A DNA stretch of 64,000 nucleotides from a virus, in IMG/VR virus record IMGVR_UViG_3300029989_000005, one strand, 5' to 3'. Below the pieces are notes generated by a model. It saw only the letters and a program-made list of their open reading frames with translations, had not been told where the DNA came from and did not search any database. Below, one piece after another: positions 1-10,376 of the stretch. Numbering within the stretch: the stretch's first letter is position 1; each line of letters starts with the position of its first letter. The translations under genes and the position numbers were made by a program.

Positions 1-5
1 GTAAA

Positions 6-704
6 ATGATTAGTGGAGTTAAGTCTATTGAATTTGACACTACGTCTAATCAAATATGGAATCGTTGTACTTCTAATACCGTTAATATTCCTAACGGAGT
101 TAAGTATAACGGAAGTAATGTTCAAAGTGATGATGGTTCTGCGTTTGGATATTATTTTGGTAAACATCAGAATCTTATGAATCCTACGTCATTATTTCCT
201 ACTGATACTTTAGAACCTAACACGATTTATAAAGTATGTAATTTGAACAGAGATATCTATTCTGCTGTAATTTTTAATGGTATTCAATATCTTCCTGATT
301 ATTTTTTTAAGACAGGAACTTCGGTTCTCAATTTTACACTCTTAAATTCAGGCTCTGGAACTAACGTAAAAAAAGTTTTAGCATCTCCCTTGGAAAGTAT
401 TGAGATACTTCCATTTGATGATATGGATACTCCAGCAGTTGATTTTCCAAGATATTCTTCTCCTCTGTTTGGTAACACGCAAATGTTATATCACAAGATA
501 GGTGCAAATATTGATAAACCTGTGTTATTCAGTGAAGTGGTGAATGATAAAATTGCATATTATGATAATTGGGCTGTAACTAATGCAGATCAGGAATTTG
601 TAACACTTGCTAATGATACTGAGAATTACTATTATAAGATTCCTGTACTTAAATTTATGCGTGTAGAATTGAATGCTCATTTTAATGCGGATTACGATCA
701 ATAA
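6..704 (+). CDS. C-terminal part of a probable virion structural protein (frame is open upstream of the window)
   Basis: 232 aa, rich in N/T/S/Y; the frame has no stop before position 6; lies next to baseplate genes. Confidence 0.5.
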   Translation: MISGVKSIEFDTTSNQIWNRCTSNTVNIPNGVKYNGSNVQSDDGSAFGYYFGKHQNLMNPTSLFPTDTLEPNTIYKVCNLNRDIYSAVIFNGIQYLPDYFFKTGTSVLNFTLLNSGSGTNVKKVLASPLESIEILPFDDMDTPAVDFPRYSSPLFGNTQMLYHKIGANIDKPVLFSEVVNDKIAYYDNWAVTNADQEFVTLANDTENYYYKIPVLKFMRVELNAHFNADYDQ

Positions 705-706
705 TT

Positions 707-916
707 ATGATACGAATAAACTCAATAGGAATTGCTTTAGACACTGGAATTGTTCCACCTGTAAATAGAATTAAAAGTAAAATTTATTCAATTGGAATAA
801 CACAAGATTATGGCGTTGTTCCACCTAAAAACTTCTTTCATCCAAACATTTCAAGTATTGGTATAAGCTGTGATAAAGCCGAGGTAGCAACAATGATATA
901 TCAAATAATCAGTTGA
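707..916 (+). CDS. Small protein with three internal IxSIGI repeats
   Basis: INSIGIALDTGIVPP / IYSIGITQDYGVVPP / ISSIGISCD; starts 2 nt after the upstream stop. Confidence 0.6.
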   Translation: MIRINSIGIALDTGIVPPVNRIKSKIYSIGITQDYGVVPPKNFFHPNISSIGISCDKAEVATMIYQIIS

Positions 917-954
917 TAATTGTTTTAATACATTATTAAATAATTATTTGATAT

Positions 955-1122
955 ATGGATTTCTACAAAAAAACTAACGGAAAATGGGTAATTGGTCATT
1001 ATTCAGGAGTACCATCAGGAACATGCAGTGAATATACCGACCCAAAAACAGGAAATGTGCTAATTCGTGGTAATGGCATTATATATGCAAATAATATTTT
1101 ACCAACACAATTCAAATGCTAA
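955..1122 (+). CDS. 55-aa hypothetical protein, possibly a broken gene continuing in the 1067..1255 frame
   Basis: Manual translation MDFYKKTNGKWVIGHYSG...ILPTQFKC*; preceded by TAAATAAT at about 937. Confidence 0.45.
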   Translation: MDFYKKTNGKWVIGHYSGVPSGTCSEYTDPKTGNVLIRGNGIIYANNILPTQFKC

Positions 1123-1276
1123 CCCTTTCCATGATTTGGTGCTGTCAAGTATTTCGTATTATGCTAATGGTTTAGTAACTAATATATCTGTGGTACTTAA
1201 TACTAATGCTGTGGTAAATGGTAATCCGATGCTCAACCCTGCTCAAATTTTATAATGAGCAAATATTATTAAAATT

Positions 1277-1300
1277 AATGGCTTAAAATTTTAAGCCATT
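1277..1300. terminator. Perfect 24-bp palindrome (terminator or operator)
   Basis: aatggcttaaaa|ttttaagccatt in an intergenic gap. Confidence 0.4.
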
Positions 1301-1347
1301 GATTACATATTAAAACGATAATTATAAAATTTTAAAATTAAAGCTAT

Positions 1348-2313
1348 ATGGCAGATAACAACAACAAAATTTCAGAAGAGGTCGCAAGAAAGGCATTGCT
1401 TGGTGAGGAAAATATAATAGAAGATATCCAAAATTTTTCTAAAAGCAAGCCAAAACCGAAAGCAAATGATGGTATACCAACGTTGCATATACCGATTAAA
1501 ATTGATGAACTACCTAGTAAAGGGTTCTTCTATCCTAAAGATATTGAGATAAGTGTACGTTCACTTTCAACACCCGAAATAAAACTTTTTTCATCTATGG
1601 ATGAAGAGAATTTTTTTGATGTTGGTAAGTCTTTTGCCAATGTTCTTAATTCAGGTCTTTTGGTGTCATTACATGGGGAAAAATTGGGTTATCGAGATTT
1701 GTCTGAGTACGATAAAATTTACCTATTCCTTATTATACGTGACAGAACCAAAAAATTTGATCAACGGGAAAGCAATTTAACCTCAAAGTCTAAATGCCCA
1801 TACTGTAATTTTGAGAACGAAAGAATAATAGAGAAACATACTCTTGGGTATTACAACATACAAGATCAATTAATGAAATATTATAATGATCAGGAAAGAT
1901 GTTTTGTTTTTGAGTCTACAAGATTTGAATCACCGTTAAAAATTTACGTTCCAAGCCTTGGTACTACAGAAATCATTACTGAATATATGAAAGACAAGGA
2001 AATAGAAAAACAATCGGGCGATGGTGGATATTACAACACAACCAACTTGAACCTTGTAATGTATTCAACACCAAAATGTGGTCTTATCACTGATTATGAG
2101 ATACTTGAAAAAATGGTAAGTAACATAACTGAAAAATGGACTTTGGACAAATACAATTTGGCTATTGAGGTTATTGATAGACTGAAAGTTGGAATTAAAC
2201 CTACTATTAAATACAATTGTCAGGGATGCAGTAGGGAGGTATCTGCACCAATTCGATTTCAAGGATGGAGATTTGCTTTCTCTTCTAACGATATCGTTAA
2301 CGAATTTTTCTAA
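1348..2313 (+). CDS. T4 gp26-like baseplate hub assembly protein
   Basis: ELPSKGFFYP...ISVRSLS..EIK N-terminal motif; CPYC and CQGC zinc pairs; ends in EFF. Confidence 0.7.
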   Translation: MADNNNKISEEVARKALLGEENIIEDIQNFSKSKPKPKANDGIPTLHIPIKIDELPSKGFFYPKDIEISVRSLSTPEIKLFSSMDEENFFDVGKSFANVLNSGLLVSLHGEKLGYRDLSEYDKIYLFLIIRDRTKKFDQRESNLTSKSKCPYCNFENERIIEKHTLGYYNIQDQLMKYYNDQERCFVFESTRFESPLKIYVPSLGTTEIITEYMKDKEIEKQSGDGGYYNTTNLNLVMYSTPKCGLITDYEILEKMVSNITEKWTLDKYNLAIEVIDRLKVGIKPTIKYNCQGCSREVSAPIRFQGWRFAFSSNDIVNEFF

Positions 2314-2545
2314 AATACAAAATGAGCTGATAATAAATGGTGTGGTGTCATACCAAGATATAACCTTACTACCTTATACAGACGTGATGGATATATTCAA
2401 GCTATGGCAAGATAGAGAACAACAAAAGTTTGAACAAGCTGAAAAGGAAAAAGCTGAGCAAGAAAATGGTGATTCAGGTTATAAAAATGACTTCCAATCA
2501 TATTTACCAAAGGGTATTGACTCTTTCGGAAATCAGATTAACTAA
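2273..2545 (+). CDS. T4 gp51-like baseplate hub assembly protein (start uncertain; TTG at 2273 assumed)
   Basis: SLTNFSKIQNEL...SYQDITLLPY..charged tail, overlapping the end of the gp26-like gene; no ATG upstream of the conserved part. Confidence 0.5.
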   Translation: MLSLLTISLTNFSKIQNELIINGVVSYQDITLLPYTDVMDIFKLWQDREQQKFEQAEKEKAEQENGDSGYKNDFQSYLPKGIDSFGNQIN

Positions 2546-2550
2546 ATTAA

Positions 2551-2976
2551 ATGCCGATGATAAATATTTATCATCGGCATTTTGTATATGAGTATATTAA
2601 TATTGATATGAATATAAAATCAAAAAGCGGTATGGGTAGCATTGATATAAACATAATAAATTCAATAATTTTTGGCATTACCAAAAACTTGTTAAGTAAC
2701 AAAAAAGGTTTTATAGACTACAGCGAAGAAAAAATCAACAGCCTTTATAATTTATCAATTTTATATGTGCAATTTGATTACTTTGTTAATACCAAAATTA
2801 GCAGTTTGGGATTAATTAAGACATATGATGATATAATTGAAAATTCTGCATTTTTAAGTAAGATAAAATTGTTTATAGAAAAAAATTATAATTGTTGTGT
2901 AGATGATGATATGTTTGAAAAAGTATTACAAGAGGTTATACTTGCAATAAAATTTGAAATCCAATCAATTAAATAA
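2551..2976 (+). CDS. Hypothetical protein
   Basis: 141-aa ORF packed within the operon. Confidence 0.6.
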   Translation: MPMINIYHRHFVYEYINIDMNIKSKSGMGSIDINIINSIIFGITKNLLSNKKGFIDYSEEKINSLYNLSILYVQFDYFVNTKISSLGLIKTYDDIIENSAFLSKIKLFIEKNYNCCVDDDMFEKVLQEVILAIKFEIQSIK

Positions 2977-2983
2977 TAACTAT

Positions 2984-3871
2984 ATGAATAATAATGCTAA
3001 TTCACTTTCCGAGGATAATGTTATAAAGTTACAACCTGAGGATAAAACAAAATTAAAGAAATTTCAAAAGGAGAATCCTGAATTAAACGAAAAATTAACA
3101 CCACCCAACAATGAATCATTGTTGAATTCATCACCAAATGTTAAAGCTACTAACACAAAACAATCAGATGATTCCATGTTTAGTTTTGAGGTATTAAAAG
3201 AAATGGGGTTAATTGGAAATATAAAATCTCTCCATAACACAAACCGTGAATATCTTAAAAAGGGTATAACAATATGTAAAGATGGTGATAGCTACGATTT
3301 GTTTGATGTAAGAACAATAAATGTAGATATTAACATGATAGCATCTAACCTATCTAAAATATGTCGTTATGCGGGCAATACATCAAAATTTTTTTCGGTT
3401 GCCGAGCACTCAGTAGAGGTTTCCAAAGCTTTATTACTTAATTATGGTAACATAAAATTGGCTATGGCGGGTCTTATACATGATGGCTCTGAGGCTTTTT
3501 TAAATGATATGTTATATACAGTCAAAAAAGAATTTGACAAAAATTCACCATATTCTAAATTTGAAGAGAATATAGAACGACATTTGTTTGAACACTTTGG
3601 TGTTGAGGAATATTTACACAGTCCTATAATTAAACATATTGATGTTCAGACTTGTAATTTAGAATTTGAAACTCTTTTGTCACGTGCACTGTCAGAAAGG
3701 ATAGATAAAATCACAGGTGGGATTAAAACAATGCAACCTCAAGAGGCTGAAAACGCATTTTTAACTCAATTTTATCTATTGGATTTCTTAGGTAATGAAT
3801 ATGATAGTAAGGAATGTCTTTGTGAATCAGGTAGCCACAAGCCAAAAGAACATATTCAAGCACATTTATAA
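2984..3871 (+). CDS. HD-domain 5'-deoxynucleotidase-like protein (YfbR/YfdR type) with an N-terminal extension
   Basis: CRYAG...FSVAEHS...AGLIHDGSEAFLND...IKHID motifs; ATG at 2984. Confidence 0.8.
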   Translation: MNNNANSLSEDNVIKLQPEDKTKLKKFQKENPELNEKLTPPNNESLLNSSPNVKATNTKQSDDSMFSFEVLKEMGLIGNIKSLHNTNREYLKKGITICKDGDSYDLFDVRTINVDINMIASNLSKICRYAGNTSKFFSVAEHSVEVSKALLLNYGNIKLAMAGLIHDGSEAFLNDMLYTVKKEFDKNSPYSKFEENIERHLFEHFGVEEYLHSPIIKHIDVQTCNLEFETLLSRALSERIDKITGGIKTMQPQEAENAFLTQFYLLDFLGNEYDSKECLCESGSHKPKEHIQAHL

Positions 3872-3880
3872 TGTTTTAGT

Positions 3881-3926
3881 ACCACCAAAATGATTTAAGT
3901 TGAAGGAAAGTACATCGTCTGCAGTA
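3881..3926 (+). repeat. Dispersed 46-bp intergenic element, copy A
   Basis: accaccaaaatgatttaagttgaaggaaagtacatcgtctgcagta; colinear with 15079-15124(+) and 50386-50431(-). Confidence 0.8.
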
Positions 3927-3949
3927 GAATAAATACAAAGCACCAATAT

Positions 3950-4540
3950 ATGACAACTCTTAATAAAGATGGAAGAGTAACAACATCATCAGAAAAACAA
4001 ATTTATTTATTTGGAATGTTGTTGGATAAAATAAATGGCAGAACAATAAAATGTTCTGCCAATACCAAACAAAGGGTAGACAAATTGTATGATGATTTCC
4101 AAAAGGGAAAACTATCATCTGAAACTATCAGGCGGAAAGCTACTACATTATCAAAGGTGTTGTATACTGAGGACTATCGAGAGTTTCATCATTTTTTCGA
4201 TGGTAAAATAAATACTGTTGAAAATGATTTGCATATGCCTAAAGACAAACATATTAAGCAATATTATTTGATACTACCAAAAGAGGCTAAAGATCATATA
4301 CTCCAAATATTTTCTCAAGGAATTTTCTCAAGGAATCACGGGGGGCTTTATGAAACAAATCCATTGCCTAAATGTATAAATGTTTGTGTTGTAGAACTTT
4401 ACATTAAAAAATCTGATTTGATAAAGGTTGAAAGAAATTTATTTGAGCAGAGCCTTTCAGATTCAAATTTACAAGATGGACTGTACTACAAAGATAACAT
4501 AATTCCAATCAAAAATATAGTAAAAATTCAATATATATAA
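3950..4540 (+). CDS. Hypothetical protein
   Basis: 196-aa ORF with ATG start. Confidence 0.65.
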   Translation: MTTLNKDGRVTTSSEKQIYLFGMLLDKINGRTIKCSANTKQRVDKLYDDFQKGKLSSETIRRKATTLSKVLYTEDYREFHHFFDGKINTVENDLHMPKDKHIKQYYLILPKEAKDHILQIFSQGIFSRNHGGLYETNPLPKCINVCVVELYIKKSDLIKVERNLFEQSLSDSNLQDGLYYKDNIIPIKNIVKIQYI

Positions 4541-4546
4541 AATTTT

Positions 4547-5497
4547 ATGATAGAACATGATTATTACCAAAAGATAGAGGAAATATCTGTAAAAGAGTGG
4601 AATAATATTTTTAATAATAGTTCTAATTCTATGCAACCGTTGATATTCGGCTATAAATTACAAATTAAAAATGGTGAAATATTATACAAACAACAAAAGG
4701 TTAATCTTGTTAACAGGCTTCTAAACAAACATATAGACAAGTTGTATATTGAATCATTACGCATTAAACATATAATTAAAAATACCTTTATGATTTCAGT
4801 TGAAGGTAGAATATTTGTTGATAATATTCATAACAATGCAGGCTTTGATGATATGTTGTTGGAATTAGGATATATTCCTATACGTCGCTGTACATTTAAT
4901 GAGGCTACTTTGAGTACATATCCTGAAATAAAATCATATCTCTATAATTCAACAAATATTCCTTTCAATTCACAATCCGCCATCTTTGGATTCAAGATAA
5001 TAAACAAAGATAAAAACACCGTGATATCAATTAGAATAAAGGAAAAGGAAAAGGAAAAGTTTGTGGTTAATGATTTATACAAGTATTATTATAATTGTAT
5101 AACTAATTTCACAGCACAAGAATTCAAAAAATACCCCATAAAATATCATAATAGTTTAGCAAATTTGGATGAAAGGATAATTTGGCTTTCCGTTAAATTA
5201 TCTTTAAAGATTCTATTATTAGATTCAACATTTAAAGATGAACATTTGAAGCCAATAATAAAACCATTTGAAGGTAACATAAATTACGACAAGTTGCCTG
5301 AGATAATAATAACAGATGGGTTGTCTAGTATTTTTATGATCATTATTTCAATTTTATATAATAAAACTATAAAATCGGGATTCTTGGAATCAGACTTGGA
5401 ACTAACACACAAGAATATACAAGAATTTATTGATGAAAGCTACTGTGAGCATATGTACTTTGTTGATAATTATGAAACATTAAAAAAATTAAGTTAA
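4547..5497 (+). CDS. Hypothetical protein
   Basis: 316-aa ORF within the operon. Confidence 0.65.
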   Translation: MIEHDYYQKIEEISVKEWNNIFNNSSNSMQPLIFGYKLQIKNGEILYKQQKVNLVNRLLNKHIDKLYIESLRIKHIIKNTFMISVEGRIFVDNIHNNAGFDDMLLELGYIPIRRCTFNEATLSTYPEIKSYLYNSTNIPFNSQSAIFGFKIINKDKNTVISIRIKEKEKEKFVVNDLYKYYYNCITNFTAQEFKKYPIKYHNSLANLDERIIWLSVKLSLKILLLDSTFKDEHLKPIIKPFEGNINYDKLPEIIITDGLSSIFMIIISILYNKTIKSGFLESDLELTHKNIQEFIDESYCEHMYFVDNYETLKKLS

Positions 5498-5498
5498 T

Positions 5499-5717
5499 AT
5501 GGAAAAAGAAAAATTGGTAGGGCTTAATTACCTACACAGACACACACAAACTGAAAAAATATTAAATGTTGATTCAGAACATGTAATTATTGACCGCAAA
5601 GATTGGGAAGAAGTGGTAGAATATTTCCATAACAATCCTGATGAAATCAAAAAATTGACAGAATCAAAATCATTGGAAAATATCAAACCAAAATTCAACA
5701 AAGATATCTGTATATAA
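5499..5717 (+). CDS. Hypothetical protein
   Basis: 72 aa, tightly coupled to neighbouring genes. Confidence 0.6.
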   Translation: MEKEKLVGLNYLHRHTQTEKILNVDSEHVIIDRKDWEEVVEYFHNNPDEIKKLTESKSLENIKPKFNKDICI

Positions 5718-5718
5718 A

Positions 5719-5982
5719 ATGGCAAAACCTAAAATTATAAAACCTATAAAAATAGAGTTTGAAACGTTCAGGGATGTTACGGGTTATACAGTAAGTCAAC
5801 TTAAACAACCAGAACCTTGTTGCGTTAATTTTTTAAGCTATAAAAAATATAAAGTTATCATTGAAGAAGTGGAAGAATCTAAAGAGGTTTATATAAAAAG
5901 GCTTGATGAATTGTTGGAAAAGGCTACTAATTATAGGACAAAAGATTTAATATTTGACGAGATCAAAAAATTACAAAAGTAA
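5719..5982 (+). CDS. Hypothetical protein
   Basis: 87 aa, tightly coupled to neighbouring genes. Confidence 0.6.
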   Translation: MAKPKIIKPIKIEFETFRDVTGYTVSQLKQPEPCCVNFLSYKKYKVIIEEVEESKEVYIKRLDELLEKATNYRTKDLIFDEIKKLQK

Positions 5983-5987
5983 CAAAT

Positions 5988-7190
5988 ATGTCTATTGAAA
6001 ATTTTGGTGGTATTTTTAGTACAGAATCGTTTGATTTAGAATTTAAATTCGATAAAGAACTGTTCAATAAAAAGGTGGTTAATGTATTACAGAAAATATT
6101 GGATAAAAAATTCGGTCAGGGATACCAAAAATCAAAAATTATACCCGCCTCCAAAGGGTACAATTTCGCATGTCCTATATGTGGTGATTCTCATACATCT
6201 ACATCAACAAAACGTGGTCACCTGTATTTGAATACTTATTCGTTTAAATGTTACAACGACCATGTTGGTGGAAGTGGATTTATGTCATTGGGTTCGTTTA
6301 TTAAGTTTTTCAATATGCAAGGTGAATTTTCAGAAGAGGAGATTTACTATGTTGACAAAAAATTTGAGGAATTAATAAAGACATATAAAGACAACTCAGG
6401 TAGTACTTTACAAACTATTCAGATGAATGGTATATCTAAAAAGGATTTAGATAACATTTATCAATATATAAAATTGCCTGAAATTAATGAGTATGCTTTC
6501 CCAAGAGAGGAAATAATGAAAGCAATGAGGTTGTCTGAAATTGGTAGGTCTTCAAAAGGATTTGAATATTTAGCCAATAGACAAGTTATAACTCAAAAAA
6601 ATCAATCAACAGCCGAATTTTTGTATAATGATTATTATGATGATCTTTATGTCCTAAATCTTGCATCTGATAAAAAGAATATTATAGGAATGCAAATAAG
6701 ACATTGCTCCCCAAAGGCAAATCCAAAAAGAAGATTTGATAGTTATGTTTGGTCTGACATTTGGAATAAAGTGTTCAAATGTCCTCAATCAGAGGAATTG
6801 TGCCAAAAATTTGATAAACAATCAATGACTTGGAGATTAATGTTTGTGGATTATACAAAGCCTATATATCATTTAGAGGGTGCTATAGATGCTTATTTCC
6901 TACCTAATTCAATAGCATCTTTGGGACTTAGCAATACAATAGAAAATAAACAATGTCTATATATTACTGATAACGATAAAGCGGGTAGAACTAAAGCTAT
7001 AGACTTACTTGAAAAAGGATTTATGGTTTTTAAATGGAAAGAGTATATTGAGGAAATGGAATCTCAAAGATTTTGTGGTATTAGGGATTGTAAAGATATA
7101 AACGATATTGTTAAAAAATTTCCTCAAATAAAATTTGATGCTATAAACAAGCATTTTACCAATAACGAACTTGATGCAATATTCCTTTAA
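5988..7190 (+). CDS. DNA primase (T4 gp61-like)
   Basis: NFACPICGDS zinc finger; TOPRIM motifs LEGAIDA, TDNDKAG and KDINDI. Confidence 0.9.
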   Translation: MSIENFGGIFSTESFDLEFKFDKELFNKKVVNVLQKILDKKFGQGYQKSKIIPASKGYNFACPICGDSHTSTSTKRGHLYLNTYSFKCYNDHVGGSGFMSLGSFIKFFNMQGEFSEEEIYYVDKKFEELIKTYKDNSGSTLQTIQMNGISKKDLDNIYQYIKLPEINEYAFPREEIMKAMRLSEIGRSSKGFEYLANRQVITQKNQSTAEFLYNDYYDDLYVLNLASDKKNIIGMQIRHCSPKANPKRRFDSYVWSDIWNKVFKCPQSEELCQKFDKQSMTWRLMFVDYTKPIYHLEGAIDAYFLPNSIASLGLSNTIENKQCLYITDNDKAGRTKAIDLLEKGFMVFKWKEYIEEMESQRFCGIRDCKDINDIVKKFPQIKFDAINKHFTNNELDAIFL

Positions 7191-7975
7191 TCTTTATTTA
7201 AAATCTGTAATAAATTCTTTCTTAATAATTTACCATCTTTAATCCAATCTGACTCCCATATAACTAATGTTTGGAATTCACTGTTAGGGTTTACCTGTAA
7301 TATGTAGTTATCGTTATTTTCCCAAATTGATTCTGCCGTCAAACCATTTATAACGTCTATTGGGTTATAAATTTTGGGGTTGGCATTTACTTTATCTAAA
7401 AAATAAACTATTATAAATTCATTATTAACTATAATAGATTTGTTATCCAACAATTGTATATTTTTATCATCAAATTTTGATTTCAAAAATCTATGAATCA
7501 TTGTAAATATCAATTTGTTTTTTGTATCTGCAGGATTACACAATGTACATATCACTTTTCCTCTTCTTTTCCTAGTTCTGTAACTTTCAACAGAAATAAT
7601 AAATTCTGATTGACAGAGATTACAAAAACATTTGTAATCAAACTTGGTATGCTTATTTAAAATAGTCATATCAGGTAATTTCCTATATGGTGAAATACAA
7701 TTTATATTATTACATACAGTTGAATACCCATACAAGCCGTTTTTATTGTGATAATTTAACGGTTTACCGCATATTTTACATGAAACATAATCAAAACTGT
7801 TGTTGCTTATATGGTACACTCTCTGAGATAAAGATATGTCATCATACTTTAGGTTCAGAAAAGATGTCAAATTTAATATTTCTTTATATTCTTTTTTCTC
7901 AACAATTATTCTTTTTGCTACAAATTTTGATCTCTTGTACCAATCTACAAGATATTGATTTTTGTTTTCTGACAT
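7187..7975 (-). CDS. Zinc-ribbon protein with a degenerate Vsr/Hef-like homing-endonuclease C-terminus
   Basis: CKICG, CNLC and CTLCNP motifs; C-terminal LVIWESDW; single gene on the opposite strand. Confidence 0.55.
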   Translation of the reverse strand: MSENKNQYLVDWYKRSKFVAKRIIVEKKEYKEILNLTSFLNLKYDDISLSQRVYHISNNSFDYVSCKICGKPLNYHNKNGLYGYSTVCNNINCISPYRKLPDMTILNKHTKFDYKCFCNLCQSEFIISVESYRTRKRRGKVICTLCNPADTKNKLIFTMIHRFLKSKFDDKNIQLLDNKSIIVNNEFIIVYFLDKVNANPKIYNPIDVINGLTAESIWENNDNYILQVNPNSEFQTLVIWESDWIKDGKLLRKNLLQILNKD

Positions 7976-8075
7976 ATATAGTAACTAATTAATTTTACAA
8001 TTTTATACATTCGTATGCTTAGAAGTGTCAATTTGATATAAATTATGTCAGTTTGTCATAATGTCAGTTTATTAT

Positions 8076-8203
8076 AAATTATGTCAGTTTGACAGTTAAA
8101 TTATTAAAAGATGTTAAAATTATGCTTTTTGTGTTAAGGTTTGTTAAAAATTATACGAACTGACATATATAATAATAAATTTGGCACGATTTTTGTAGTA
8201 ATT
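8076..8203 (+). promoter_or_regulatory. Duplicated regulatory cassette, copy 1: TGTCA-N3-TGACA palindrome plus sigma54-like TGGCAC-N5-TTGT
   Basis: Near-identical to 10435-10564; tggcacgatttttgta at 8182-8197; further TGTCA sites at 8026-8070. Confidence 0.7.
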
Positions 8204-8230
8204 TAGGAAATAATTTAAAAAATAGAAATT

Positions 8231-8419
8231 ATGAAAACAATTAAAGACCTTAAAAAATCCGATAAATTCAGTTTTAATAGTACAGTTTATACAGTTTCTA
8301 GAAAATGGATTAATGGTTTATCATCATTAATAGCATATGATAATATGAACGAAAGGTCTGATTTTTATTATGAGGGCTTGGAGGTTGAGGATGTGTCACC
8401 AACTGTCACCAAAATCTGA
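8231..8419 (+). CDS. Hypothetical protein
   Basis: 62 aa; its leader aaaaatagaaattATG is identical to that of the gene at 8475. Confidence 0.65.
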   Translation: MKTIKDLKKSDKFSFNSTVYTVSRKWINGLSSLIAYDNMNERSDFYYEGLEVEDVSPTVTKI

Positions 8420-8474
8420 CAATACATCATTATTACTATTATAAAGGTACTGAATAATTCAAAAAATAGAAATT

Positions 8475-10373
8475 ATGGCTGATTTCAAAGCAAGTAAAGA
8501 TCAACAAGACGTTTTCAATTATATAACTGATTCAAAAGGAAATGCACTCATTCAAGCTGTTGCAGGTTCAGGTAAAACTACAACTATAGTTAAAGCATTG
8601 GATTTAATACCAATTGGCAAGAAGATTGTTTTCATGGCATTCAATAACAGTATAGTTAAAGAAATCAAGAAGAAAGTAGATGAACGCATACATGTAACCA
8701 CATTACATTCTTTCGGTGCTAGAGCCTATGGAAAAGTATATAAATACGAACTTGATGAACTTAAATATTTGAAATTGCTTAATGGAATATTTGCCAAACT
8801 AGATGGCGATGACTCAATTATCAAGATGTTTAATTATAACAAACAAGACCTACCTTTGTTCAATAATTTCGTTATTGAGGATGAAATCAAGAACAGCAAT
8901 TTTGAAAGTTATAAATCAAACATTTTAAAACTTGCTGATCTAGGCAGAGTTAATTTCATAGATATTAAAAACAAAGAAAAGGCTATTGAATCGTTAAACG
9001 CAATTGTAGACAAATATGGAATTGAAATTATAAATGGTGAGGTTGAGAAGGCGTTTTATTTAATAGTAATAGGTGCAAAAATAACCGATAAAATTGATTT
9101 CACAGACCAATTATTCTTACCCGTTCTTTATGATTTAGAAACTTTTAAATTTGATTTTGTATTTGTTGACGAGTGTCAAGATTTGAATACATGTCAAAGA
9201 TTGCTTATGTTGAAATCCAAAAAACAATATGGTAGATTTATTGCTGTTGGTGATAAAAATCAAGCCATATATGGGTTTGCGGGTGCTGATATAGATAGTT
9301 ATAATGAATTAGCTAAATTACCATTTACAAAAATATTACCCTTATCTTGCTGTTATCGTTGTGGTAAAAATATAATCAAGAAGGCTCAAAAAATAGTTCC
9401 TCAAATACAAGCGTTTGAGGGTGCTAAAGATGGAGAGGTTAAGTATGATGGGAAAATAAGTGATATAAAAAGTGGTGATATGGTTTTATGCCGTTGCGTT
9501 TTTCCACTTGTTAAGCTTTGTATGAAATTTTTATCAAAGGGTATTAAGGCTAATTTAATGGGTTCTGACATTTCGGGTCAACTTACTAACTTGATTAAGA
9601 ATCAGGAACGCAAAAGGGAAGAATTTACAATTCAAAATGTGATAAACAGGTTGAATATGGAGCTTAACAAAATTCTAAGCAAAACAGTGGCAAAACATAG
9701 AATATCAGAGAATCAAGCAAAAGCAACAAGCATATATACAACATATGCTGAAAAAATATTGGTAATCCAAGAAATAGCGGGTTCTGAAACAGATGCAAAG
9801 AAAGTAATAATCAAAATAAATTCCATCTTTACAAATGATGATAAAAATGATGGTATTATACTTTCATCCGCTCATAAATCCAAGGGGCTAGAGGCTGATA
9901 GAGTATTTTTAATCAACAACGATAAAATGCCTCTTTCATTCCCAAACATGAAAGATTGGGAAATGGAACAGGAAAAAAACCTTGAATATGTAGCCATAAC
10001 AAGAGCCAAATCATTGCTTAGTTATGTACCATTAGAGGAATTTGATGCATACAATGATGCTGAGATAGTTATAGATAACAATAAACCAAGTGAAATCGAA
10101 CCTAAACATATCGGCAAAATAGGTGATATTGTAAACTTAGTAGGTAAAATAACTGAAATACATGAGGCAATAAGCTCATTTGGCACAAACACTGTTTACA
10201 CAATTGAGGATGAACATGGAAACATATTCGAAAAATGGGGTATTATAAATAAAAGATTTGTTGACTGTAAAACAGAGGCTGTAGAGGGTAGCATGATTTC
10301 ATTTTCGTGTGAAATACGTGCACATAAAGAGTTCAAAGGTGAAAAAAGAAATCAAATTACCAATGTCAAATAA
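8475..10373 (+). CDS. Superfamily 1 (UvrD/Rep-like) DNA helicase with a probable C-terminal OB-fold
   Basis: AVAGSGKTTT, VDECQD, VGDKNQAIYGFAGA, HKSKGLE and YVAITRAK motifs. Confidence 0.92.
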   Translation: MADFKASKDQQDVFNYITDSKGNALIQAVAGSGKTTTIVKALDLIPIGKKIVFMAFNNSIVKEIKKKVDERIHVTTLHSFGARAYGKVYKYELDELKYLKLLNGIFAKLDGDDSIIKMFNYNKQDLPLFNNFVIEDEIKNSNFESYKSNILKLADLGRVNFIDIKNKEKAIESLNAIVDKYGIEIINGEVEKAFYLIVIGAKITDKIDFTDQLFLPVLYDLETFKFDFVFVDECQDLNTCQRLLMLKSKKQYGRFIAVGDKNQAIYGFAGADIDSYNELAKLPFTKILPLSCCYRCGKNIIKKAQKIVPQIQAFEGAKDGEVKYDGKISDIKSGDMVLCRCVFPLVKLCMKFLSKGIKANLMGSDISGQLTNLIKNQERKREEFTIQNVINRLNMELNKILSKTVAKHRISENQAKATSIYTTYAEKILVIQEIAGSETDAKKVIIKINSIFTNDDKNDGIILSSAHKSKGLEADRVFLINNDKMPLSFPNMKDWEMEQEKNLEYVAITRAKSLLSYVPLEEFDAYNDAEIVIDNNKPSEIEPKHIGKIGDIVNLVGKITEIHEAISSFGTNTVYTIEDEHGNIFEKWGIINKRFVDCKTEAVEGSMISFSCEIRAHKEFKGEKRNQITNVK

Positions 10374-10376
10374 ACG

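Noticed and set aside
2984-3871. HD protein as DatZ of a 2-aminoadenine (Z) genome system
   Set aside because: No purZ or mazZ in the window, adenine methyltransferases are present, and the motifs fit a generic YfbR/YfdR-like nucleotidase
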